NCBI GenBank assembly: GCA_035084275.1
Contig: CM068757.1
Location: 5,146,001 to 5,210,000, forward strand
DNA from: Hydrolagus colliei
Taxonomy: Eukaryota
DNA length: 64,000 nt
Direction: 5' to 3'
The notes below the pieces were generated by a model, which was not told the origin of the DNA, did not search any database, and worked only from the letters and a program-made list of their open reading frames with translations. A program made the position numbers and the translations under genes. The number at the start of each line of letters is the position of its first letter. Positions within the stretch are counted from its first letter, which is position 1. Of the stretch, positions 53,181 through 64,000 are shown one piece after another.

Positions 53181-54736
53181 AATATTAATTTGTGAACGAA
53201 TACCAGGTTTGTCAAACTTTTTTTTACTCAGCAAAGTGTAACACAGAACACCTTTAATGCCAAATATCCAGCACTTCACACTGCGCCTTCTTCAATCTAC
53301 CTGCTCCTCTTTCTAACAATGCTTTTGTCTATTTGAAGCACCTTAAGACTTTCTCCCTAATTGGCTTGGTTGATCAAAGTGTTGAATTGCTGCCTCTCAG
53401 TCTGAACCATACGTTTGAGACTTATTTGAGCATGATTGTTCTGTTAAATGATTTGCAACCACTCTTCCAAACTTCCCAAATGCAGTCTATAAAAGCAACC
53501 AGTTCATTCAATGTAATAAAGCATGCAAAAGGGAGATCAGTGGTCCGAATTGAATTGTAGGTACTGTTAAACAGCAACAAATTGGAAAACTCTTCCGAGA
53601 AAGTGGCTGGGAATTTTTGCCAATGTTTTTGCTGATTATATTTAATGTGCTCTTCTTGGTGAGTTTTACTTCAGCAGCATCTAGAGGTCCGTAACTTGGC
53701 TGTTGTTAGTTACCATTCTTGTAGTGATGTGGCCAATTCCTGTCGTAGAAAAGCACTGCATAAGGCGGGAGAGAAAGAGCAACTTGTGTTTCTTATCGTT
53801 CCTCGTTTCTCACTGACCTCAATCTCTTCTCGTTCCGGTTTGACCCCTCAACTAAAGCATCCCAGAGTTCATTGCGGAGTCTGATATGTGCTAAACCAGA
53901 TGTATTTCAAATCATACTTGTGTCATCGTTACCGAAATATCTAATGGTAAAAGATTTTTAGAATCTGATGGGACACCAGCTGGAGCACTAAATTTGACTT
54001 CTGTGTCTCTGGATTCGAAGGGGCAACTGAACCAGGGTATCCAGGTAGAGGAAGAGTGGGTGAGAGAAAGAAGGACTGAAGGCAATATTGTGATCTTGTG
54101 ATAAGCAAGGAATAATATTTAGCAAAGGCTGCACAGTGGGATTGAGGATGAATCAGCATAGTGGGCAAAGGAAAAGGGGATTCAGAGCACCAAAGTGCTT
54201 CACGGAATTGACTGCAAACTGAATTGACTATACATTTTGTGGGTGGAATGATGATATCTTAGTGAATATTGCACATTTTGCCAGGCAGTGCAAACCTATC
54301 GGGTCTGTAGCCATTTTGCTTGTAAGGAACTGTGTGGTTTGTCTCTCCTTATGCTTTCTTCATTAAGAATAAAATAAACATTGATTACCTTACGTCTACA
54401 ACTGGTGCAACAAAGTAGTTCAGCAGTAAACTTTGACCCCGTTGGGTGTGATTCTGCAGCCAGCACGATGTGAATTTGTTCGCTTCTTTTTAATATACAT
54501 TATGCGCTGGCGTCAGGGGAATAATAAAGCTTCCTGTCATCCTGGAAGCACTGAAGTTTTCAAATATTTATATAAGCTTTCTCTCAGCAAAAGGGTTAAA
54601 CAGCTCGAATAAATCTCTCGGGAAGGCCTACATATTTTTAGGGAGTGGAGTGAGGGAAAAAGGCATGTTTCTGTCAAATTAATATAATAATTATCCCTAC
54701 AACTAATTTGACACCAGTGATCTTGACGATGTCGTT

Positions 54737-54737
<1 letters not shown>

Positions 54738-54770
<33 letters not shown>
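54738..54770. repeat. (CA)n microsatellite
   Basis: Direct inspection. Confidence 0.95.
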
Positions 54771-54773
<3 letters not shown>

Positions 54774-55710
54774 TGGGAGATCTCGCAGTGCAGACCAGTG
54801 GTTCCCAGTAAATTGCCTGCCTCATTTGTCTGCCAAGGCACGTAGGTGCTGTGATTCAAGCCTCCTTTTTATGCGCATCTCATCTCTTGACTGATGATAG
54901 GTTAACAGCTGCTGAAGGTGTCAGCAAGGATTTTCCCCAGCCTGTCTGTGGAGGAAAATAGGGAAGCGTAGAGGAGCATTTAAAAAAATTGTACAGTTGA
55001 AACGCGCACCAACTCGGAATTAAATTTGCAATTGCTCTTTAATAGAGCCAAACTCTATATAGAATGGACATTCTCTTTCTGTGCTGTAAATTTCTATGGT
55101 TCTAAATACAATGGAACAACAGCGTCACTTCATTCAACTCATAGACTGAGATGACTTTGAGTAGCCAAATAAAGCTAGCATGACTGCATCAGTTCTGTGG
55201 CCCTGTACTCTAGCCAGGTGCCCTGCCGAAAGGAGCAATGATGTTACCTGTGGATTTATCATGCTTGCAAAGCAAACAGAGGAGATGATGACTTTGTTAC
55301 ATTGATCGTTCCTCGGTCCCCAAAAAGCCTGCAACAGTGACTTGTTTCACCACCAAAATCCCAACCTAGTGACTGCCTTCCTCGGCACTCGTTCCAGCTC
55401 TAGGAAAGCCACATGTGTGCACGATGCCATTTTGTGTGCCCGTGTGTGAATTTCTTACATGTGTGGAGAAAATGTACCAAATATTCAATGGGAATTTACT
55501 GAAAAATTCATCCTGTACAATATTCCTTCATCTCACACAATCAATACATAGAGTGGATGGAAGAGCAGCACAAATATTGCAGAGATTTGTCTCTCCTAAT
55601 GAAATGAAATCAAATGAACTTACTCTATTCTAAAACCATATAATATTTAAGAGTATGAATAGTTGTATAATAGATTATTAGACATGGAAGACATCAAATA
55701 GTTTCTAGAT

Positions 55711-55823
55711 CAGTGGTGGCCAGCCCAAGGCACAGAAGTGCTGCTGAGTAGGGAGGTTTATCTAGTAAGCATCAATCAAGAAATATTCAATAAAGAAAAA
55801 TGTATTTGGTTTACCAACCACTG
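55711..55823. mobile_element. hAT/Charlie-type MITE remnant
   Basis: CAGTGGTGGCCAGCC ... GGTTTACCAACCACTG imperfect TIRs; left flank TTCTAGAT fits the Charlie target NTCTAGAN. Confidence 0.55.
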
Positions 55824-56879
55824 ACTAGTGGCTCTAGGTTCACAGTTCTCTGTAATAAAATAAAAGTTGGCAAAACAATGAGATGAACTGAACCATTCTT
55901 CTGTAATGTGTTATATTGTGCTGCAAGTTTTGTACAAAATGACCATTGCATGAGGAATTTCTTACTTAAAATTGGGACCTATATTAATCCACTCGTCTTT
56001 GTTCTACTCGCCATTGATTTGATTTGCAGAACCTCTGAGGCAATTTTACCGATTCCAATTCCTACTGGTTGCTCTTTTCCTCCTTGACTCGGTCCTTCAT
56101 TTTCTGTCCCCCTCTCTGTCTCATTCTTGCTTCCCTCCTCTTTCTCTGTCTCACTCTCTTTCTCTGTCTCCCTTTCTCTTTCTGTTTTGGTATGGTAGAC
56201 TTGGCATAAGGCTTCATTTGCGTTGCTCTTTGGCCTGGTGGGTGACACACACTTGCTCACTCAGTGATTTGATATGATTATATATTTATGATTATATTAC
56301 GGTATATTCCATGAAGTGCTTTGAGACATCACGAAGATGTGAAAAGTACTATATCAAATGCGAGGATTATTATTACTATTATTCACTAGAATATCGCAAC
56401 TCCCTTCTCCTCTGGTGCTATCAGTAAGACGTCAAGACTCCCAGCTTCGTTAAGACTCTCAGCTTCATATATCTATTTCTTATTAAGGGTGGGGGAGAGC
56501 AATGATTCCTTTGAAATACACTTTGTATTTCTCTATATTGTTCATTTGCTGGATTTCAGACCTTTCAAGAAAGACAAGGCCAAGTCCAATTGTGAATGAA
56601 CAAAGTGGCATTCACTGCTATTTAACCATGGTACTTTGGGCTTTTCAAGGCGACACAAATTGTTCAAACCCAAATGAATGTTCTTCGAGCTGTAATCTAG
56701 AGCACTATCCCTGCAGCACTAACCACCTATCAGCTTACGCCCTCACACCCCCACACTCCTCCAAAAAGAAAAGAGAGTACTTTTTATCAATCATGCTGCT
56801 TAGGATAAAGAAAATCCACCTAAAAATTAAGAGCTAAATGTCGAATAACTACTGAGCAGCTTTTGTGCTATTTATCCTC

Positions 56880-57147
56880 TTCGCATCGCTTCCGAGCTCT
56901 CGCCTCTGCGGTGATGAAGAACTGCCAAGGTTTTCTGCAGCGGATTGGAATTTCTCTGCTCGCAGACTTCAATGTGACAGGCAGCACTCTGGCCATTCAG
57001 CTCCCCTACGTCGATCTGTACGATGTATCTGTGCAACTTGTGAAACGGCGAGGTTGGCTGTTTCGTTGAAACAGGCAATGTGCTCCGACACACCGACCGA
57101 CATGAAGGGCGCTACATAAATGCAACTTGTTGTTATTGTTGTTGTTT
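56880..57147 (+). mobile_element. Unclassified CpG-rich segment ending in an L2-type tail
   Basis: gacatgaagggcgctacataaatgcaac(TTG)n tail; the upstream body is not recognised. Confidence 0.5.
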
Positions 57148-58007
57148 TGCCCCAAAGTGTGTGCCCGCCACTGGACAATTAATGCCCTTAACTTTCCAAG
57201 TCATTAGGATCAGATCACTGGCTCCCAGGACAGGGTGACGAGGGCAGTGTATTTAGCCGCCTCTGATTGAACAAAGCCGTGTTCATACCATGAACGTTAA
57301 GAGAAGATGAAATGCCAATTCCCCGGAGTGGAAACTGGCACGCTTCAGGACATCCTGATTTGAACAATTAGAACGATTGAGCCTTCAAACCCGATCTACC
57401 TTAAAATTGTGTTGTGGCTGTGCCCAGTCTCCGCGGACCGTTGCATTGACGATAGTAAGAGTCGACGCTCTTGTCATGCTCCACGTGCTATCTGTTTAAC
57501 TCGAACGCCGCCCACTAGAATGGTTTGCACAGACAAAGTGATAACATTAATTTGGGTGATGTTTTAAGACCAAGAAGCAAGATTTGAACTTTTCAAAAGG
57601 AAAATTGCAGTCTCAATTACAACCCCTACAGGGAAATTTATCTTCAATATGGGATTATCTGTCAATTCTGGTCAGCGGACCATAAACCTACAAAGTGTCT
57701 GATTACCGTTGTGGATTCCAATCATCAAAATTGAGGATTTTGTTAACCTAATGCCTCACTGATCAGAAATGACAGGAGTAATTCAGGAAGAAAGATTTAT
57801 AGGACCTGCACGACCTGCAACCATCTCCTAGGTGACAAGAAAAAGGTTGGACTGGAAATTCCACGTACGCGGAAATCAAAATCGAGTCATTGGAGGGTTG
57901 CACTGGTGATTTTACTGTTGTCGGATGGGAAAACGAGAGTCAAATCCTGATTCCTGGTATTCTTGTGAAACCGGGTGACTATTTATCTCAATCCATGTTG
58001 CAATCCA

Positions 58008-58220
58008 TGGGGGGTGATTGGAATAGTCAGTGAGCACTCACAATGTGCGCCTCTGGGATCCAGGATTGAATCCAGTCCAGACTGCTGGAATGAAAGCCGT
58101 CTCTTTTTGACAGCTGTGAGCGCTGCAAGTCAAGAGTCTGGGCTTTCCGGATCCCAATGAACATAAGCACCAAGTGCAAAGCTGCTACAAGCTGAACACT
58201 AATCTGCTAACCTCTTTCAC
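58008..58220 (+). mobile_element. LF-SINE-like element, 5' part
   Basis: gcctctggg..caggattgaatccagtccag...gaaagcc...tgacagctgt...acactaat is collinear with the recalled LF-SINE consensus (cctctagg..ctggttcgaatccagcccag...gaaagtc...tgacggctgt...gcactaat). Confidence 0.55.
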
Positions 58221-58276
58221 AGAGCCCGTAGGGTGGATTGCAATGAAAGAGGCACAACAGTGGAGGCTATCCGACC

Positions 58277-58546
58277 ACAACGTGGATTTATATAGCGCCG
58301 TCCATGCCAGATGGCATCTCAGAGCACTTCACAAAGTGGATCCCGGAGGCCAAGCCAGTGGGAGGGGGCAAAAGGTGACTGAAAATGCGGTAGAAAAGTT
58401 TTCAGGCATGACCTGAAAATAGGAAAGGAGGGGGCAAGGCGAAGAGAGTGAGGGAGGAGGTTCCAGAGCTTCGGGGTGCAGTGGCTGAAGGCACGGCTGC
58501 CGACGGTGGAATGAAGGATTTGGGGACAAGGAGGAGGCCAGACCCA
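58277..58546 (-). mobile_element. L2 LINE 3' end fragment
   Basis: Minus ORF STVGSRAFSHCTPKLWNLLPHSLRLAPSFPIFRSCLKTFL = L2 ORF2 C-terminus; tail gcgctatataaatccacgttgt. Confidence 0.9.
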
Positions 58547-60869
58547 GTAGATCAAAGGCAATGCTCTTTCCTTAATGCTCTATCCCTCTGTGTTTGGAAT
58601 TAAAGCAGAGTTCTGGGAGCTTTACACCACATCTAACACACGCCATACCTTGGCTTAAAAATAAGAGAGATATAGCTATCTCTGATATCTCATACATTCA
58701 CTGGGATAAAAATACAGGAACCCCTGCCCCAGTGATTGGTCCGGTCTTGCTGAGAAGCCAACCTGACATGAAAGGCGCTGTACAAGTGTAATTTTGTTGT
58801 TGTTGTTGTTGACAATCTTGTCACCAAGAATCCACTGTCTATTGGCAAACATTTACCTTAGAGTAAAATCAGCCCAATCAGACTCCTGTCTCATTGCAAC
58901 CCCCACTTATCCTGCCCCATCCACAAAAAAGGATGTTTTCCAGTTGGTCATTAAATATCTGATGACCACATTGTTTAATTTCTTGCTAGACCGGTAGCAG
59001 ATACCAGGAACTCCTTAGAGGCTCACCATGTCGGACTCCAACGCTCTGAAGCACTCCTGGATGCTACCAGGTTTGGAGGGTGCTGTATAAATGCAAGTTG
59101 TTGTTGTGAGAGTATTGCACCATCATCTTACCCACTGCCCGGACACACACCCCGTGCCCAAGGAGTAGTAGTTCCATCATTTGGGGTTCCGTATTGCAAT
59201 CTGAAAGGAAAACCAGCTATAAGCCAGTTACAAACAGGAACTCGGCTCCAAATTACTTGAACAACTTGAATGATGTTCCTCTCTCCTCCATCTCCATTAA
59301 ATTGACTGTGAAGCTAAATTTGGAGTTATTTAGTTTCTGTGCTAAATTTTAGGGAATAAGCTGTCTCTTTGAGCTCCTTTGGTTAATTGTAAAAGTGCCT
59401 GCAATACCTCTTTGTACAGTTAAGCAGTGTCTACAAAAATGTCTAAAGCTGTAAACCCTGTGTGAACTGTTGATAAAAGGAGGCAGTATTTAATTGGAAT
59501 TTGTGAAGAATTAATTGGTGCATGAACCCATTTTAACCAATATCTATAAAAAAGGTTAATCACTGTTTCTGTTAATCTTTTTGTCGAGCCTACTTGTCAC
59601 AGAGGCATTGCCATACATTAGTATAATTTAAAAAGGCGAAATATAATTCATTTACAAAAAACAGTGAAATAATGGCTCTGTACAAAGTTGGGCCCTTATC
59701 TTTTCAGCATCTCAGCTCTATTAATCATGCTAAATGTACTTTGTGCATTGTGCCTTTTGTGCAACTGTAACAGTGCCTTCAAAACAGTAGAATTAACATT
59801 TCTGCAAGTAACATATCTTCAATTCATGAAAAATAATTTGAATGATTGAAGTCAATTGTATTACAATAAAATTAGTTATTGCATTGTATAGTTGAGAGTG
59901 AAAATAATAAGTTATATCAAGCTAGTTGCCTTGGAGAATCCCTCCTCTATCCACTCCACCACCCCCAACCCCCCCCATCAGTACTATCTTCAAGAGTAAA
60001 GAAAAACATTTTATTCTCCCCATATTTCATCACATTAAGTCTTCAAAACAAATTGCTGTGTATAAATATAGTGTTATCCATGATTGAGCCCAATTCAAAC
60101 CATTTTTTTTCTTGTGAACTGGGAATGTCTTGCATTGTCAGTGTTGTGCGGTGTTAAATAAAACTCCTGTCTGCCTGTTCACATGCAATTAAATATCCCA
60201 TGAGATGGGTGATTACTGGTAATATTCTGAGAGAATCCTCATTGCTAAATATTGCTACAAAATGCCCAGATACTGCTCAAACTTGTATTTATTCCATACA
60301 GAGGATAAGGCAATATGTCAAATGTAAGCATTATTGTCATTAATAATAGATGTAAAATCAGATGTATTGCATGCATCTTAAGATAAATAGTATATACTTT
60401 AAAAATAATAATGTGATCACAAAATTTAAAGTGATGTTGGAATGATTTTTGGCCTCTTTTAAAACCAGGATTTAATATTCTGAGAGGTTGAATAGATTAG
60501 AATGATGAAATGCACGCCAAATCAAAATTACAAACAAGTTGTCGTACTTTAAGAGCCCATTTCTATCAATTACTGATACCCTAAGTCTAAACCATAGCGT
60601 TATGTAAACCTGCCAGAATTGCTTTAACTATCTTTAAACTATAAGTTTTGCCTACAAAATATACAGTCAGTCCACTTTTCCAATATATTCTGTGATGCGC
60701 TTTCAGACTATGTTTTTTTCCCCCCAAATGCAAACTAGGCATGGATAAGAGAAAGATTCCCTAGATTACTACAGTATTCCAAAGTAGCTGGTACATTCAC
60801 TGCCTGGTATTTGAGTTCAGCAGAATACCCATTCGCATATTTGTATCTCTGTGGACCCATTCATTGTGT

Positions 60870-61012
60870 TCTAAGAATTCTCCAGCAAAATCCAGGAGAA
60901 TCCTCATTGGATATCATTTTTATTTGTGAAGAAAGACTTTTTTTTGTTTGTTTATGACATTGCCAAAATTTGAGCTGATGGACTCAGCTCAAATAGCTAT
61001 TTTCATTCAAAT
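60870..61012 (+). repeat. Local direct repeat B, copy 1
   Basis: ttggatatcatttt.atttgtgaagaaa...tgacattgccaaaa..tgag.tgatgga...gctattttcattcaaat shared with 61685-61815. Confidence 0.9.
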
Positions 61013-61255
61013 TTAAACCAGCCGCAAGTAAGCTGAATCGTTGCTTTGCTCTAGCATAAACTTTTTCATTAAGTCCTTTAAATCTATTGTTGCTGTTGAA
61101 CAGATCCATAATTCACAAACAAGAAGACTGGGGGAAAAAAAAGTTTCATTCAGGTTGAGATCTGACATTCTTACTGAATCTTTTTAAAAGCCAATTATTC
61201 TTCCCGGCAAGAACAGAAAAGCAAGTCATAGGCAAACAGTTGATTGTGTAATTCA

Positions 61256-61458
61256 GAAATAAAAACAGAAATCACTGGGAACTCAGAAGGTCAGGCAGCA
61301 TCTATGGAGAAAGGAAAAGTTCTCAGTTCTGATGAAGGGTCATGGACCCGAAACGTTGACGCACCTTTCTCCATAGATGCTGCCTGATCAGGTGAGCACT
61401 CCCAGCGATTTCTAATTTTGTTTCAGATTTTCAGCATCTGCGGTATTTTGCGTTTTAG
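61256..61458 (+). mobile_element. Penelope-like fold-back fragment with hammerhead ribozyme core; 12-bp TSD
   Basis: Perfect 24-bp inverted repeat 61291-61314/61364-61387 (imperfect to ~60 bp); TTGTGTAATTCA at 61244-61255 and 61459-61470. Confidence 0.75.
61324..61361 (+). ncRNA. Minimal type I hammerhead ribozyme motif
   Basis: CTGATGA (61329-35), A, stem II GGGTC-atg-GACCC, GAAAC (61350-54), GTT; helix III region palindromic (AACGTT); helix I only ~3 bp. Confidence 0.7.
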
Positions 61459-61684
61459 TTGTGTAATTCAATTCATCTCACATTGAATACTATACAAAAA
61501 AAATTACTCAAGATTTCTCCAATGTTGGAAGCTGTTCTGTTGATAAAAGAAGAACCCACATGTTTGATATAAACACACTTGTGGTTGAGTCGATGGATGT
61601 ACCAGGGAGGATTTTAGCTGTGTGAGCTCTTAAGCTTGTTCAGTATTCAGGGCATTCATTCTGCACACAAAGATGAATAGGTGG

Positions 61685-61815
61685 TCTAAGAGTCTCCAAA
61701 TCCTTTTTGGATATCATTTTCATTTGTGAAGAAATGCTGTTTGTTTTTTTGCTTGTTTCTGACATTGCCAAAAAGTGAGTTGATGGAGTCCAAGAATGGC
61801 TATTTTCATTCAAAT
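61685..61815 (+). repeat. Local direct repeat B, copy 2
   Basis: Matches 60870-61012. Confidence 0.9.
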
Positions 61816-62295
61816 GAAGACTTTGGATTCAACTTCAGAAACTGTGACAATCCAGTATTCTTGAAGTAAAGATGAAATCATGCACTCAACCTGCTCATTG
61901 AAACTGTGGTAGTTTTTTTTTTACACAGAAAGTTTAGTACAGGTATATATTATTTTATATAATGTTACCCTGCATTAAACACTGATAAGTGCTCCGAGAG
62001 GCTATCCCACCTGAAGGGCTCTATATAAATGAAAGTTGTTGTTGTTGAAATGCATGTTCAAGGACTTCCATGATTTCAATTGCCTGAAGCCTGCATATTG
62101 GTTGCAGATGTGGCTGAAAAATAAAATCAATCTTATGAAATGTGAAATTTGGTTCCAATTTCAGTTCAGAACCACTGGTCGATATTTTTAAAAAATTTAG
62201 CAACTATACACAGCTGCTTCACACAATAGTTTGTCATCAGTGAAAGTACATTTGAAATATCCTGCTTATATTGTGATCCATAATATGTCTACCTG

Positions 62296-62582
62296 GGGGC
62301 GCACTCGATAGTCCAAACATTCGATAGTCCGTTGTACATCCAGTATTTCCTATACCCGGGGTGGTTACCGTGGTTACCAAAAATAAGGTTTGTTAATCCG
62401 AACATTTGGTGCGATAGTCTGAAGGTTCATTAGTCCAAATGTTGGGGTTAGTATTAGGGTTAGGATTAGGGTTAGGATTAGTGTTAGTGTTACGGTTAGG
62501 GTTAGGGGAAGCTTCGGTCTAACGAATCTTTGGACTATTGAACCTTCAGACGAATGAACCTTCGGACTATCGGGCGGTAACC
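62296..62582. mobile_element. Non-autonomous DNA transposon (GG...CC ends, 9-bp TSD; Mutator- or Merlin-like) with 16-bp subterminal repeats
   Basis: Ends GGGGCGCACTCGATAGTCC and (reverse complement) GGTTACCGCCCGATAGTCC; flanks GTCTACCTG (62287-95) and GTCTGCCTG (62583-91). Confidence 0.75.
62442..62507 (+). repeat. Degenerate interstitial telomere-like array (TTAGGG)11
   Basis: 11 in-register hexamers, 4 of them perfect TTAGGG; variants TTGGGG, TTAGTA, TTAGGA, TTAGTG, TTACGG. Confidence 0.9.
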
Positions 62583-63289
62583 GTCTGCCTGATGGCCATA
62601 AAACTTTGTGTAGAATCGCATGGATCCTCCAATTTGTAATTGATACTGTAAATTCCTCTTAGTAGTTTTGGGGAAAAAGACAGAATTCTGAATACTGGAT
62701 GTACAACAGTTGAACAGTTCAATCAGTCATTATTACTTATTGCCTCGCCAGTTTATAAGTATGGATTTCTTTAAGTGCCTTGCTATTGATAGTAGGATCT
62801 TGTATCGGACCTTGATATTTAGATGCTGGTAAATGCTGCCTAGCTTTACCTGAGTTGCTTATAAACTAGGTGTAAAAAAAAATCCCCAAAGAATATTTTT
62901 CTTTATTTAGAAATCTATTCTCATTCCACTCCCCCTCCAAACCCGGGAGGAACTCAAGTCTGACTCACAATGGCTTATTAATTTTGACGTTGGTTAGGAT
63001 TGCTTCTTTGTTGATTTTGCTCTTTTTTTTTTCTCTCTCCCACTATTAAAAACAAATACTAACATTATCCCACATACCAGTCTTTCAATCGTGCCACATA
63101 TTGTCTGGAAAACAAACAACAAAGCAGGTTGTTTCTATGCTTTAAGAAATGGGCAGAATAAATGTCACTTTAACAGGAGCTGAATATAGTCCATGCAACA
63201 CTACAAAAGGGAATAAGTGAATCACTCTGATAGGTGAACTCTACTAGTGGAGAAGCAATGGCATTGGCAGGTGCTGTAATTTAGGACAT

Positions 63290-63901
63290 ACAACAACAAA
63301 AATAATTGCACTAAAATAGCGTCTTTCACGTCAGGAGGACGTCCCAAAGTGCTGAACAGTCAGCTCGGGACTCGAGCAGGGGGAGGGTCGGGGTAGGGGG
63401 AAGGGAAAGAAGAGTGGGAGAGGGGGAAGAGTTAGTGGGGGAATTCTTGAATTCGATTCTCTGGGTGACGGGGAGCCAATGGAGACGGGCGAGGGTGGGA
63501 GTGATGTGGTCGTGAAGCCTGGTACGGAAGAGTACACGAGCTGCAGAATTCTGAATGATCTGCAGCTTGTGAAGGGAGGAGCTGGGAAGGCTGATGAGGA
63601 GAGAGTTCCCGTAGCTGAGCCTGGAAGTGATAAAGGCCTGGATGAGAGTTTTGGCGGCATGTGGGGTGAGGTAGTGGCGGAGTCTGGCAATATTGCGGAG
63701 GTGGTGGAAGGCTGTGCTGGTCATGGAGTGGATGTGGGGGAGGAAGGATAGTTTGGGGTCGAACAAGACGCCCAGATTCCTGATTGGCTTCGAGAGGTGG
63801 AGAGAGCAGTCTCGAACGCTGACGTTGTCAGCGCCTGAGGTGCGGAGGCCCTGATGTGAGCCAATCAGGAGGGCTTCCGTCTTGTTGACATTGAGCTGTA
63901 G
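63290..63901 (-). mobile_element. 5'-truncated, internally deleted L2 LINE fragment
   Basis: Minus ORF FDPKLSFLPHI...LRNIARLR...AFITSRLSY...QNSAARVL...LHWLPVTQRIEFK, joined directly to the 3' UTR and (GTT)n tail. Confidence 0.95.
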
Positions 63902-64000
63902 AAATCACAGAACATTTATTTTGTGTATTGTGGATCCCCCCCAATTCCTCGTTTCCCATTGCAATTGGGAAGATTGAAAGAAATGTGTTGTATTCAATCC

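Noticed and set aside
56430-56466. Short tandem duplications (also ~28942, ~29290, ~51790)
   Set aside because: Ordinary 14-20-bp slippage or repair duplications with no further structure.
62442-62507. Chromosome-fusion telomere relic
   Set aside because: Single orientation, short, and embedded in a TSD-flanked element.
62306-62575. CRISPR-like repeat array
   Set aside because: The 16-bp units are mostly adjacent without unique spacers and are inverted at the two ends, there are no cas genes, and the context is vertebrate.
1-64000. The many short ORFs in the six-frame track as host genes
   Set aside because: They are 60-210 aa, often with non-ATG starts, low complexity or repeat overlap, and show no recognisable domains apart from L2 RT remnants.

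Overview
This is AT-rich, CpG-depleted vertebrate non-coding DNA, either a long intron or intergenic region. The repeat content (tRNA/CORE-type SINE, DeuSINE, LF-SINE-like, L2, CR1, Penelope-like) points by inference to a cartilaginous fish, probably a chimaera such as Callorhinchus. I recognise no host protein-coding gene, rRNA, real tRNA or CRISPR array. The only ORFs with protein similarity are frameshifted L2 reverse-transcriptase remnants at 48.8-49.9 kb and 63.3-63.9 kb. One ~310-bp tRNA-derived SINE family dominates, with about 8 near-full copies and many 3' fragments. The most interesting observations are: (1) a ~200-bp fold-back Penelope-like insertion with a hammerhead-ribozyme core and a perfect 12-bp TSD at 61.3 kb; (2) a 287-bp non-autonomous DNA transposon with a 9-bp TSD, 16-bp subterminal repeats and an internal telomere-like array at 62.4 kb; (3) a candidate 15-nt microexon about 120 bp from a perfect estrogen response element at 47.5-47.6 kb; (4) an LF-SINE-like element split by an L2; (5) two short local duplications of unknown origin. 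I cannot support a claim of a new multi-gene system. All family names come from recalled consensus sequences, not from a database search, and boundaries of degraded repeats are approximate.
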